Positions 41,728 to 51,192 of a DNA stretch of 64,000 nt are shown here, piece by piece (within the stretch, counting starts at the first letter, position 1; the number at the start of each line of letters is the position of its first letter). Source of the DNA: an uncultured Acidobacteriota bacterium (lineage in GTDB: Bacteria; Acidobacteriota; Thermoanaerobaculia; UBA5066; DATFVB01); NCBI GenBank assembly GCA_963813155.1, contig CAWEYG010000001.1:704001-768000 (forward strand), in the 5' to 3' direction. The notes below the pieces were generated by a model. The model searched no databases, was not told where the DNA came from, and saw only the letters and a list, made by a program, of their open reading frames with translations. Made by a program: the position numbers and the translations under genes.

Positions 41728-42951
41728 GTGCGAATCGTTGACCTTCGGCTCGTGCCGACTTCGACGGGGCGGCGGGCGTCCGCCAGACTCTTGTGGGAGG
41801 ACTCCGGCCTTCAACCCTTCGATGCGTATTTCGAGTCCGACGGAGACGGTAGGTCCGGTCTGCGAGCGGGCGCGAATGCGTTTCTCGCGGCCGCTTTCGT
41901 TCCCGCCATTCGCGCCGGCGAAAAGCGCATTCGGATCGAGGAGCAGGCTGTTTGCCCGATTCTTCGCGACGGATTGCGCGCCGCCGCGGCTTTCCTGCGG
42001 GCCTGGTACGGCCCCGCGATCGAACCCGCGATCGAGGCGCCCGGCGGATTTCGCGCCGACCGGCCGGAAGGACCGGCTGCCCTGTTTTTCTCCGGGGGAG
42101 CGGATTCGCTCCACCTGCTCCGCCTCAACCGTTCGATCTATCCGACTTCTCACCCGAACTCATTCCGCGAGGCGCTCCACTTCCTGGGAATGGCGATGTT
42201 CGAGGACGACCCCGGACAGGGCGCGCGCAACCTCGCGGCGCGCGGTCTTCGAAGCTCGGAACGCATCGCCCGAACGAGCGGATTGACCCTTCGAAGCGTT
42301 CGCTCGAACGTCGCTCGATTGAGCGGAGACAATCATTTCTGGGCCACGCACACTCAGGGCGCGATGCTGGCTTCCGTCGCCCTTGGCCAGACGATTCGCT
42401 CGGCCTCGCTCGCGGCGTCCTGGGACACCCGTGCTCTCCCTCCCTGGGGATCTCATCCCCTGCTCGATCCCGGGTACAGCTCGAGCGCGGTCGAGATCCG
42501 CCATCTCGGCGTCGATTTCACGCGGCTCGAGAAGTTGAGGGCCCTTGCGGACTGGCCCGAAGCGCTCGAGAACCTGATGGTCTGTCATGAAACGCCTCTT
42601 CCCGGTGACGAGATCAATTGCGGCCGATGCGAGAAGTGCGTGCGAACGATGGTCGAGCTTCTCGTCGCGAACGCGCTCGATCGCGCGACGGCCTTTCCCG
42701 TGCGCCGCGTGACCGCGGAGATGATCGACGCGGTCGAGCCCGCCCAGATTCGGACCGAAAGGTTCTGGAGCGACCTGACCGGGCCGCTCGAAGCGGTCGG
42801 ACGAGCCGATCTGGCCCGCGCGACGAACGCGTTCGTTTCCCGCGCCCGCCGCCAGCGACAATGGGAAGACGACAGCGGTTGGAGGGGGCGTCTCCGGCGG
42901 CTCGACCGCCGATACCTCGCAGGCGCGCTTCAGCGACTGAGACGACCGTGA
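41728..42951 (+). CDS. PP-loop/Zn (QueC-like) protein, paralogue 3
   Basis: SGGADS, PWGSHPLLDP, NCGRCEKCVRT. Confidence 0.85.
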   Translation: MRIVDLRLVPTSTGRRASARLLWEDSGLQPFDAYFESDGDGRSGLRAGANAFLAAAFVPAIRAGEKRIRIEEQAVCPILRDGLRAAAAFLRAWYGPAIEPAIEAPGGFRADRPEGPAALFFSGGADSLHLLRLNRSIYPTSHPNSFREALHFLGMAMFEDDPGQGARNLAARGLRSSERIARTSGLTLRSVRSNVARLSGDNHFWATHTQGAMLASVALGQTIRSASLAASWDTRALPPWGSHPLLDPGYSSSAVEIRHLGVDFTRLEKLRALADWPEALENLMVCHETPLPGDEINCGRCEKCVRTMVELLVANALDRATAFPVRRVTAEMIDAVEPAQIRTERFWSDLTGPLEAVGRADLARATNAFVSRARRQRQWEDDSGWRGRLRRLDRRYLAGALQRLRRP

Positions 42952-44213
42952 GAATCGAGGCGATTCGAAAGGAGACGCGGGAGGACCGCTCGGCCGTCCA
43001 CGCGCGAGTCGTCTGGGAGGAGTCGAGCCGGCCGCCCCTCGACCTTCGATTCGAAACGACGGCGCCGCCGGACGGTCTTGGGGAGATCGGAGGCAATCCG
43101 TTCCTCGTCGCATGCGCGCATTCCGCTCGATCCGAGGGCGAGCGCCGGATCCGCTTAGAAGACTCCGTTTGCCCTTTGCTCCACGACGGCGTACGGACCG
43201 CGATGAGGATCCTGGCCGGCTGGTACGGAGGCCGCTCGGAAGTCGTCCTCGAGGCCGCGAAGGGCCTCCGCGCCTTTCCGACGCGCTCCCCGCGCGCGGG
43301 ACTCTTCCTCTCCTGCGGCGTCGATTCCCTCCATGCGCTGCTGACGAACCGCCGGATCTTTTCCGCCGATCATCCCTCCGCGTTTCTCGACGCCGTCCAC
43401 GTGCCCTTCTTTTCCTTCCCCGACCCGTCCCCCGACGAGCGCGCCCGGGACATCGCCTCCCGGCAGAGGATTGCGCTCGAAACGCTTCGGAAACGGACCA
43501 ACCTGGAGCTCTGCGTCGTCGAAACGAACGCGGGCGCGGTCGAACCCGATTTCGACCTTCACGTCCTCCAGTCGCATGGCGCGTCGCTGATCGCCGCCGC
43601 ACACGTCCTCCCGGCTCGCGTCGGGACGGTTTCGATCGCTTCGAGTTTCGACGCGCCTCGAGCCCTGCGGCCCTACGGCTCGCACCCCGTGCTCGATTCG
43701 GCGTATGGCAGCAGCGGGCTCGCGGTGTCGCACGAAGGTATCGGCTACACCCGGCTCGAGAAGGTCCGCGAACTGGCCGGCTGGGAGCCCGCTCGGGACT
43801 CGCTGATGGTGTGCTTCGAGGGACCGCTTCCGGACGGGCGCCTCAACTGCGGACGGTGTGAAAAATGCCTTCGCACGATGACGGCGCTCTCGATCGCGGG
43901 CGGCCTCGAGCGCTTCACGGTTTTTGGAACAGCCCGACCGGACGTCGAGTTGATCGAAAAAATGCCGATCGGATACCATCCGCACGCCTTCGCGCACTAC
44001 TGGGAGCCCATGGAGCGGATTCTCCTCGATCAGGGCCGCCGCGATCTCTCGCGGGCTGTCGCCCGCCGGGTCGCCGAAGCGCGCCGCCTGAACGACTGGC
44101 TTTCGGAACGGGATTGGAAGGGCCGGCTCCGGCGGTTCGACCGCCGTTTCCTGGGCGAACGCCTCTCGTCCCTCGCGCGTGGCTGGCGCTCCCGGCACTC
44201 GAGAGAGCCGTGA
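42948..44213 (+). CDS. PP-loop/Zn (QueC-like) protein, paralogue 4
   Basis: GTGA overlap start; SCGVDS, PYGSHPVLDS, VCFEGP..NCGRCEKCLRT. Confidence 0.85.
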   Translation: MRIEAIRKETREDRSAVHARVVWEESSRPPLDLRFETTAPPDGLGEIGGNPFLVACAHSARSEGERRIRLEDSVCPLLHDGVRTAMRILAGWYGGRSEVVLEAAKGLRAFPTRSPRAGLFLSCGVDSLHALLTNRRIFSADHPSAFLDAVHVPFFSFPDPSPDERARDIASRQRIALETLRKRTNLELCVVETNAGAVEPDFDLHVLQSHGASLIAAAHVLPARVGTVSIASSFDAPRALRPYGSHPVLDSAYGSSGLAVSHEGIGYTRLEKVRELAGWEPARDSLMVCFEGPLPDGRLNCGRCEKCLRTMTALSIAGGLERFTVFGTARPDVELIEKMPIGYHPHAFAHYWEPMERILLDQGRRDLSRAVARRVAEARRLNDWLSERDWKGRLRRFDRRFLGERLSSLARGWRSRHSREP

Positions 44214-44238
44214 GCGGGCGCCGGCTGGAGGTTTCGGC

Positions 44239-45483
44239 GTGAGAATTCGGGATCTGCGCCTGGAATCGGCGGGCAATGCCCTTCGCGCTTCCGCCGCGAT
44301 CGAGTGGGAAGACACACCCCGACCTTCCCGCCGCCTCGCCTTTTCGGCGAAAGGCGCGCTCGCCTCCGCATTCGAGCCCGCGCCCGAGGCATTCGTTCTT
44401 TCCACCGCGTTGGCGGCCAACCGCGCCGGGGAAAGGAGGCTTCGCGTCGAAGCTCGCCTCTGTTCGGTGTTCGCGGACGGCCTCCGCGGCGCCTTCGCGC
44501 TCCTCGATTCCTGGTACGGAGGATCCCGCGTCGCGATGACGATCGAGGCGGCGGGGGGTTTTCGCGCCCGCGCGCGGGGCGCGCCGGTCGCCGCGATGTT
44601 CCTCTCGGGCGGCGTCGATTCGCTCCACATGCTTCGGCTCAACCGCCGCGCGATTCCGCGGCGGCACCCCGAGTCTTTTCGCGTGGCCATTCATGCCCCT
44701 TCTTTTGGATACACGGGCGACGCCGGGGACAGAGAGGCGCGGAACCTCCGGGAGCGAGCGTCGCACAGCGTGGAACAGATCGCCGCCGAGGAGAACCTCG
44801 ACCTGGCGGTCGTCAGCCTCCCTTCGCATCTTCTCGACCCCGAACGCCGGTTCTTCACCGGCGAGAGCCACGCGAGCCTCCTCGCCGCGACGGCTCACCT
44901 TTTCCCCGGCGCCCTGCGGTCGGCGTCGATCGCCGCCTCGGCGAATCTTCGGGGGCACCCGGGACCCTGGGGCTCGCACCCCCTTCTGGACCCCCTCTAC
45001 GGATCGGGGGCGGTGGCGATCCGGCACACGGGCCACGAATTCTCCCGGCTCGAAAAGGTCAGAGATCTTTCGAATTGGGACCTCGCAATGGCAACGCTGA
45101 TCGTTTGCAACGAGTCTCCTCTTCCGCCCGGCGTGACGAACTGCGGCCGGTGCGAAAAATGCGTGAGAACCCTCTGCGAGCTTCTCGCCGCCGGCTCCCT
45201 GGAGCGAGTCTCTACTTTCCCGGTTCGAGACATTTCCGCCGAATCCGTCCGGCGTCTCCAGCCGGTTCAAGATTTCGAAGGGCACAGCTGGAGGGATCTC
45301 CCTCGCGAGCTCGCGGGCCGGCCGGACCTCGCCGCGGCGATCGAGGACTGGATGACGCGGCTGCGGGCCTCGGCGGACTGGTGGGCGGATTGCGGCTGGA
45401 AGGGCCGTCTGCGAAAACTCGACCGCTCGCTGTTCCAGGGACGTCTCCTCGCGCTAAGGCGCCGATGGAGCGAGCAGCCGTGA
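44239..45483 (+). CDS. PP-loop/Zn (QueC-like) protein, paralogue 5
   Basis: GGAGG SD plus GTG; SGGVDS, PWGSHPLLDP, NCGRCEKCVRT. Confidence 0.85.
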   Translation: MRIRDLRLESAGNALRASAAIEWEDTPRPSRRLAFSAKGALASAFEPAPEAFVLSTALAANRAGERRLRVEARLCSVFADGLRGAFALLDSWYGGSRVAMTIEAAGGFRARARGAPVAAMFLSGGVDSLHMLRLNRRAIPRRHPESFRVAIHAPSFGYTGDAGDREARNLRERASHSVEQIAAEENLDLAVVSLPSHLLDPERRFFTGESHASLLAATAHLFPGALRSASIAASANLRGHPGPWGSHPLLDPLYGSGAVAIRHTGHEFSRLEKVRDLSNWDLAMATLIVCNESPLPPGVTNCGRCEKCVRTLCELLAAGSLERVSTFPVRDISAESVRRLQPVQDFEGHSWRDLPRELAGRPDLAAAIEDWMTRLRASADWWADCGWKGRLRKLDRSLFQGRLLALRRRWSEQP

Positions 45484-46724
45484 GGGTTCAGGATTTCCGG
45501 CTGGAAGCAGACGGCTCCATCCTCCGGGCCTCCGCCGCCGTCGAATGGGAAGATTCCCCGCGGCCTCCCCGGCGGCTCACGTTTTCGACCGAGGGCGCGC
45601 TCGCGAACGCGTTCGAGCCGGCTCCCGAGGCTTTTGCCCTCTCCGTGGCGTCGGCGGCCGCTCGAGCCGGTGAACGCCGCCTCCGTCTGGAGGCTCCCCT
45701 CTGCGCCGTGCTCGCGGACGGTCTTCGCTCGGCGCTCGCGCTCCTCGATTCTTGGAACGGAGGGTCTCGCGCCGCGATGACACTCGAGGCCGCGGGGGGA
45801 TTTCATGCCCGCGCTCGGGGCGCGCCGGTCGCCGCGATGTTTCTTTCGGGGGGCGTCGATTCGCTTCACATGCTGCAGCGGAACCGACTCGTCGTTCCGC
45901 CGTCCTGCCCGGAGTTCTTTCGCGTCGCCATCCACGCCCGCTCTTTCGGGTATGCGGGCGACGCCGCCGACGCCGAGGCCCGCAACCTGTGGGAACGCGC
46001 TTCGATCGCTGCCCGAAGAATCGCCGAAGCCGAGGGACTCGAGTTCGCGGCCGTGCATTCCGACGCGCGCCTTCTCGATCCGGACCGGAAGTTTTTCATC
46101 GCCGAGAGCCACGCCGCCCACCTCGCGGCCGCGGCGCACCTTTTTCCGGGCGCCCTGCGCTCGGCTTCGATCGCCTCCTCGGCCGACCTTCGGCGGCACT
46201 ACCGGCCCTGGGGCTCCCACCCCCTTCTCGATCCGCTCTACGGCTCGGGTGCGATCGCGATCCGGCACTCGGGCCACGAGTTCGCCCGGCTCGAAAAGGT
46301 GAGCGACATCTCGCGCTGGGACCTCGCGATGAGCGAACTGATCGTTTGCAACGAAACGCCCCTTCCGGCCGGCGTCAGGAATTGCGGCCGATGCGAGAAA
46401 TGCATGCGGACCCTGTTCGAGTTCCTGGCGGTGGGCTCTCTCTCCAAGGCGTCGACTTTCGCCGTCCGGGACGTCACGCCGGCCTCGATTCGGCGTCTCC
46501 GCACCGTCGAAGCCTCCGCCGTTCGCCGGTGGATCGACCTGCGGCAGGAACTTCGGGGTCGCTCCGATCTCTCCGCGGCGATCGACGACTGGATCGGGCG
46601 GCTCCTGGCGACGGCGGAGTGGCACGCCGAGGAGAACTGGAAGGGGCGGCTCCGGCGGATCGACCGCGCCTGGTTCGGCGGCCGCTTGCTCGCGCTGAAG
46701 CGCCGAAGGAAGATGGCCTCGTGA
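45480..46724 (+). CDS. PP-loop/Zn (QueC-like) protein, paralogue 6 (close duplicate of 5)
   Basis: GTGA overlap; SGGVDS, PWGSHPLLDP, NCGRCEKCMRT. Confidence 0.85.
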   Translation: MRVQDFRLEADGSILRASAAVEWEDSPRPPRRLTFSTEGALANAFEPAPEAFALSVASAAARAGERRLRLEAPLCAVLADGLRSALALLDSWNGGSRAAMTLEAAGGFHARARGAPVAAMFLSGGVDSLHMLQRNRLVVPPSCPEFFRVAIHARSFGYAGDAADAEARNLWERASIAARRIAEAEGLEFAAVHSDARLLDPDRKFFIAESHAAHLAAAAHLFPGALRSASIASSADLRRHYRPWGSHPLLDPLYGSGAIAIRHSGHEFARLEKVSDISRWDLAMSELIVCNETPLPAGVRNCGRCEKCMRTLFEFLAVGSLSKASTFAVRDVTPASIRRLRTVEASAVRRWIDLRQELRGRSDLSAAIDDWIGRLLATAEWHAEENWKGRLRRIDRAWFGGRLLALKRRRKMAS

Positions 46725-47953
46725 AAATTCGCGACATTCGTCTCGAGTCCGCCGGCGGGCGTGTCTCCGCCCGCGGCCGTTTCGAATGGGAAGACTCCGA
46801 GCGGCCGCCCGTGGAGGTTTATTTTCGGGGGGACGAATCCCTCTCGTTCGGCCTTTCTGCAGCTCCGGAAGCGTTTCTCGTGGCGGGCTTCTTCCCGGCG
46901 ATGCATCACGGCGAACGCCGGATCGCCCTGGACGGCCCCGTTTGCCCGCGCCTGCGCGACGGCCTGCTCGGCGCGGGCCGGTTGTTTCAGCTCTGGTACG
47001 GCCACACGCCGCCTCGAATCGAAGCACAGCATGGCTCGCTCGCTTCCCCGGAACCGCCGCCCGATTCCACCGCCGCTTTCCTGACGGGGGGGATCGATTC
47101 GCTCCACGCGATCTGGAAAAACCACCGTCTCTACCCGGCGGACCACGAAGGCCGCGTTCGCGAAGCCCTGTTCGTCTTCGGGCTAGAAATGCCGGGCCTC
47201 GAGGACACTCCCCGGGCCGCCCGGCGCCTCGCGGCGATCGCGCCCTACCTCAAGCGAGTCGCCGGCGACGCCGGGCTGAAGTTGACCCGGATCGAGACGA
47301 ACGTCCGAACGCTCGAACCCGACACGAGCTTCTGGGCATGGGAGTACATCGCGCCGCCGCTTGCGGCCGTGGCGCACGCGCTGTCGGGGCGGTTCTCGGC
47401 GGTTCTTCTCGGCTCGTCCTACGACTACCGGAACCTCGTCCCCTGGGGGACTCATCCGCTCCTCGATCCGCTGCTCGGATCCGCGTCGATGTCGATCGAG
47501 CATGTCGGCGCCGCGACGCATCGGCTCGAGAAGATTCGGGACCTTCTCGAGTGGCCGCTCGCGATTCGCGGCCTTCTCGTCTGCGGAAATTCGCCGGTGG
47601 ATCGCGTCAATTGCGGGGTCTGCGGAAAATGCCTTCGCGCGATGGCCGAATTGATCTCCGTCGGCGCTCCCCAGCCCGAAACCCTCCCTGCCCTGGAAGC
47701 CCTGCGACCCGATGCGATCGACCGCCTCGAAGTGGGGACAATCGACGTCGGAAACTTCTGGGAAGCCCTGATTCCCGGGCTCACCGCCCATGGACGGAGC
47801 GATCTCGCCGGGGCGGTGGCGCGTTATGCCCGCCGGCTGCAGCTCGCCAAGCACCCGGAGGGCCTTCGAAAGTTGAAACAAGACCTCATCCAGATCGACT
47901 CCCGCCTCTTCGGCGGCGGTCTTCGGTCGCTCCGACGCCGACTCGGCCGCTGA
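46721..47953 (+). CDS. PP-loop/Zn (QueC-like) protein, paralogue 7
   Basis: GTGA overlap; TGGIDS, PWGTHPLLDP, NCGVCGKCLRA. Confidence 0.85.
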   Translation: MKIRDIRLESAGGRVSARGRFEWEDSERPPVEVYFRGDESLSFGLSAAPEAFLVAGFFPAMHHGERRIALDGPVCPRLRDGLLGAGRLFQLWYGHTPPRIEAQHGSLASPEPPPDSTAAFLTGGIDSLHAIWKNHRLYPADHEGRVREALFVFGLEMPGLEDTPRAARRLAAIAPYLKRVAGDAGLKLTRIETNVRTLEPDTSFWAWEYIAPPLAAVAHALSGRFSAVLLGSSYDYRNLVPWGTHPLLDPLLGSASMSIEHVGAATHRLEKIRDLLEWPLAIRGLLVCGNSPVDRVNCGVCGKCLRAMAELISVGAPQPETLPALEALRPDAIDRLEVGTIDVGNFWEALIPGLTAHGRSDLAGAVARYARRLQLAKHPEGLRKLKQDLIQIDSRLFGGGLRSLRRRLGR

Positions 47954-47978
47954 GTCGGCGCGAACTGGCCCTCCGGCG

Positions 47979-49829
47979 TCACGAATCCGTTTGGAGGCAG
48001 CGGCGAACCCACGCGTCGAGAACCCGCGTGCGAAAACCGAGATCGTGGCCGAGCACCGCGTCCTCCTCGCAGAGCCCGGGGGACGTCCACCCGCCGGCCG
48101 CCAATCGCCGCCACGCGTCGCGGACGAGCTGGGGCGCCTCTCGGGCCTTTCCCTCGAGCGGGCCCGGGAGACCCAGTTTTCGGGGACGGGTCAGAATCGA
48201 AGCCGGGATGAGTCCCCGAAGCGCCGCCCGCAGGACCGCCTTCGTCCACCCGTTTCGAAGAAGGAATCCGTCCTGCAGGGTGCGCGCAAACTCCACGACC
48301 CGGTAGTCGAGAAAAGGCAATCGCGCTTCGATCCCGAAGGCCATGGAATTGCGGTCTTCGAAAGCGAGGAGCGCAGGAAGGTAATCGGCGAGGAGCAGGT
48401 GTCTCTGGTGCGTCTGCAGGGTCCCGTCGATCTCGCAACCGCAGGGCAGAGGCCGGCGCGACGTCCTCACGACCCCAAGCGTGTGCCGGGCTCCCCGAAC
48501 GGAGCCCCAGCGACGACGGCCGGAAAGAAACCCCTCCTTTACGGCCCGAGCGCGCTCGTTTCGGTTCCAGAGCTGCGCCACGTGGACGTCCCACGGCTCG
48601 TATCCGGCGAAGAGCTCGTCGGAGCCCTGCCCGCTCAACATGACCGTCAATCCGAGGCGGCGGGCCTCCCGATAAAGCAGGCGCTCCGCATAGAAGATCG
48701 AGCTGGGAATGAGCTCCTCCAGGGAGTCCACGAGCTCGTCGAGGTCTTCGTCGAATCCGTCCGTCGAAGGCTCGATGAATTCTCCGGAGAAGCCCGTCTC
48801 GCGAAGCGATTCCTCGATATAGAAACTCTCGTCGATTTCAGGCCGCCCCGGGTAGCGGGTCGAAATCGTGCGCCCCGAGAAACTTTCGCGATTTCGGTTG
48901 CTGCGGCCCAGGATGCCCGCAATCGCCGAAGAATCGACTCCGCCGGAGAGAAGCAGCCCGACCGGGACGTCGGCGCGCAGACGAATCGACACTGCGTCCT
49001 CGAGTAGTTCTCTCAACCGTTCCGCCGCGTCCTCGAGGCTGGCCGGAGCGTCGAGCGCGGCGGCGTTCCCGTCCAGGTCGTACCAGCGTTCGACACGGAA
49101 CCCGCGGGAATCGACCCGAAGGGTCGATCCGGCGGGCAACGATTTGTACGACGCGAAACAGGTCGACTCCTGATTGTCCAGCGTCGCGCCGACCTCGAGA
49201 AAGACACGAACGCGCTCGCGGTTGGCTTCCGGGGCTCGCACCGGGCGAAGGGCCTTCGGCTCCGACCCAAACGCGAACCGCGACTCCGTTGACGTGTAAT
49301 AGAAGGGCTTGATCGCGAACCGGTCCCGCGCGCAGAACAGCTCGCGGCGTTCCGCGTCCCAGATCGCGAACGCCCACATTCCGTTGAATCGCTCGAGAGC
49401 CTTCGCCCCCCATCGCACATAGGCCGCGAGCAAAACCTCCGTGTCAGTCGAAGTGGTGAATTCCTCTCCTTCCGACCGAAGCTCGTCCCGCAGCTCCGGC
49501 GCGTTGTAAATCGCGCCATTGAAGACGATCCACCACCGCCCGTTCCCCCGGCTCATCGGCTGCCGCCCCGAATCGGAGAGATCAGTGATCGCGAGCCGCT
49601 GATGCCCGAGCCCGATCCGGGGGCCGGCCGGGAACGGGCCAGCGGGCAGCGGCATCGCGGCGCGTTCCGAGAGACTCTCGCGCGGACCTTCGCGGAGGCA
49701 CGCCCCGTCGTCCTCCAGCCAGCCGCCCCCGTCGGGTCCGCGGTGCTCGATTCGGCGAAGCATCTCCAGGAGCATCCGGCGGTCCACCGGAGCACTCGAG
49801 AGTTCCATCACTCCGGCAATTCCGCACAT
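47979..49829 (-). CDS. asnB: AsnB-like glutamine-dependent amidotransferase, copy 1
   Basis: MCGIAG (Ntn Cys), HRGPD, NGAIYN, RDRFAIKP, LSGGVDSS, SGQGSDE, EDRNSMAFGIEARLPFLD. Confidence 0.92.
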   Translation of the reverse strand: MCGIAGVMELSSAPVDRRMLLEMLRRIEHRGPDGGGWLEDDGACLREGPRESLSERAAMPLPAGPFPAGPRIGLGHQRLAITDLSDSGRQPMSRGNGRWWIVFNGAIYNAPELRDELRSEGEEFTTSTDTEVLLAAYVRWGAKALERFNGMWAFAIWDAERRELFCARDRFAIKPFYYTSTESRFAFGSEPKALRPVRAPEANRERVRVFLEVGATLDNQESTCFASYKSLPAGSTLRVDSRGFRVERWYDLDGNAAALDAPASLEDAAERLRELLEDAVSIRLRADVPVGLLLSGGVDSSAIAGILGRSNRNRESFSGRTISTRYPGRPEIDESFYIEESLRETGFSGEFIEPSTDGFDEDLDELVDSLEELIPSSIFYAERLLYREARRLGLTVMLSGQGSDELFAGYEPWDVHVAQLWNRNERARAVKEGFLSGRRRWGSVRGARHTLGVVRTSRRPLPCGCEIDGTLQTHQRHLLLADYLPALLAFEDRNSMAFGIEARLPFLDYRVVEFARTLQDGFLLRNGWTKAVLRAALRGLIPASILTRPRKLGLPGPLEGKAREAPQLVRDAWRRLAAGGWTSPGLCEEDAVLGHDLGFRTRVLDAWVRRCLQTDS

Positions 49830-49880
49830 GGGAATCGAGATCTTAGCCCCGATCCAACTGCCGCGCTTATACTCTCGCGC
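49830..49880. promoter_or_regulatory. Bidirectional promoter, copy 1
   Basis: TAAGAT on minus (49840-49845) and TATACT on plus (49868-49873); homologous to 55553-55601. Confidence 0.65.
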
Positions 49881-49926
49881 GTGCGCGCGGAACGCTCCCG
49901 GTTGATTCCAAGGCGGTCCTTGTAGG

Positions 49927-51192
49927 ATGCGGATCTCGAATTTTCGCCACGAAGTCCGAAAAGACACGGTGCGAGTTTCCGCCGCCGTTCAGTGGGAGGA
50001 TAGCGATCTTCCCGCTGAAGATCTCTGCTTCGAAGCGGAAGGCGTAGCGCCCGGGGAATTCGTTCCGAGTCCGGAGGCCTTTGCGATCCGCGGCGCTCTC
50101 GCGGCGCTCCACCAGAACGAAAAGCGAGTCCTCGTGGAAGGCGCGCTGTGTCCGCGATTGCGGGACGGGCTCCGGGCTGCTCTCCGGACGCTCAGGGCCT
50201 GGTACTCACCGAACCTCGGGGTACCGCTCATCGAAGCGACCGGCGGACTCCGGGCGCTCTACCCGCCCCGGCCGCAGGCGGCCGTGTTTCTCTCCTGCGG
50301 ATTCGACTCGCTCTTCCTGCTGCAATCCAACCGCTCGAGCTTTCCGCTCGACCACCCCGCATCCTACCGAGTCGCGCTTTTTGTCCCCAATTTCGGAGCG
50401 CTTCCGGAGGCCTTCTCTTCGCCCCGGGCCGTCGACTTCCTCGCGAGACAGCGGCGCTCGCTCGAGCGCATCGCGCCTCTGGCAGGCGTCCGCCTGATGT
50501 CCGTATCGGACCATTCGGGAAGGCTTGGCGAAGACGACCACTATTTCACCGTCAGCTCCCATGGTGCCCATCTGGCCGCACTCGCTCACCTTTTCCCCGC
50601 GTTGAGCTCGGCTTCCATCGCGGTCTCGCACGACTGCACCCAGCTGGCCCCCCTGGGGAGCCATCTGCTGCTCGACCCGAACTACAGCAGCAGCTCCCTC
50701 GAAATCCGCCACGAGGGAATCGCGTTCACCCGGCTGGAGCGCGTCGCGTCTGTGGCCCGCTGGAAGGAGATGCTTCCGCACGCCGTGGTCTGTTCGAAGG
50801 GGCCGTTTGCCTCCGGCCGAACCAACTGCGGCCGCTGCGAAAAGTGTCTGCGCACGATGATCGAGCTCTTGCTCTCCGATTCGCTCTCCGCCGAAGGTCC
50901 GTTTTCCGCCACGGACGTCGACCCGTCGTTCGTGGACCGGGCGACCATGCGCGCGGGCTCGATTTTCCACTGGGAGCCTCTCCCTCGGCTTCTCCGGGAG
51001 CGGGGACGGAAGGACCTCGCAGCACCGGCCGAGCGCCTGATTGCCAGGACTCGCGAGCGCGGAGCCTGGTTCAGAGACCGCGGCTGGAAGGGCGCACTGC
51101 GCCGGCTGGATGGCAGATTTCTCGGGGGACGCCTTCTCGAAGCGAGTCGCCGCCTTCGCGGCCAACACCGTGGGCGGGATACCGCACCGTGA
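49927..51192 (+). CDS. PP-loop/Zn (QueC-like) protein, paralogue 8 (closest to 1)
   Basis: SCGFDS, FVPNFG, PLGSHLLLDP, NCGRCEKCLRT. Confidence 0.85.
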   Translation: MRISNFRHEVRKDTVRVSAAVQWEDSDLPAEDLCFEAEGVAPGEFVPSPEAFAIRGALAALHQNEKRVLVEGALCPRLRDGLRAALRTLRAWYSPNLGVPLIEATGGLRALYPPRPQAAVFLSCGFDSLFLLQSNRSSFPLDHPASYRVALFVPNFGALPEAFSSPRAVDFLARQRRSLERIAPLAGVRLMSVSDHSGRLGEDDHYFTVSSHGAHLAALAHLFPALSSASIAVSHDCTQLAPLGSHLLLDPNYSSSSLEIRHEGIAFTRLERVASVARWKEMLPHAVVCSKGPFASGRTNCGRCEKCLRTMIELLLSDSLSAEGPFSATDVDPSFVDRATMRAGSIFHWEPLPRLLRERGRKDLAAPAERLIARTRERGAWFRDRGWKGALRRLDGRFLGGRLLEASRRLRGQHRGRDTAP

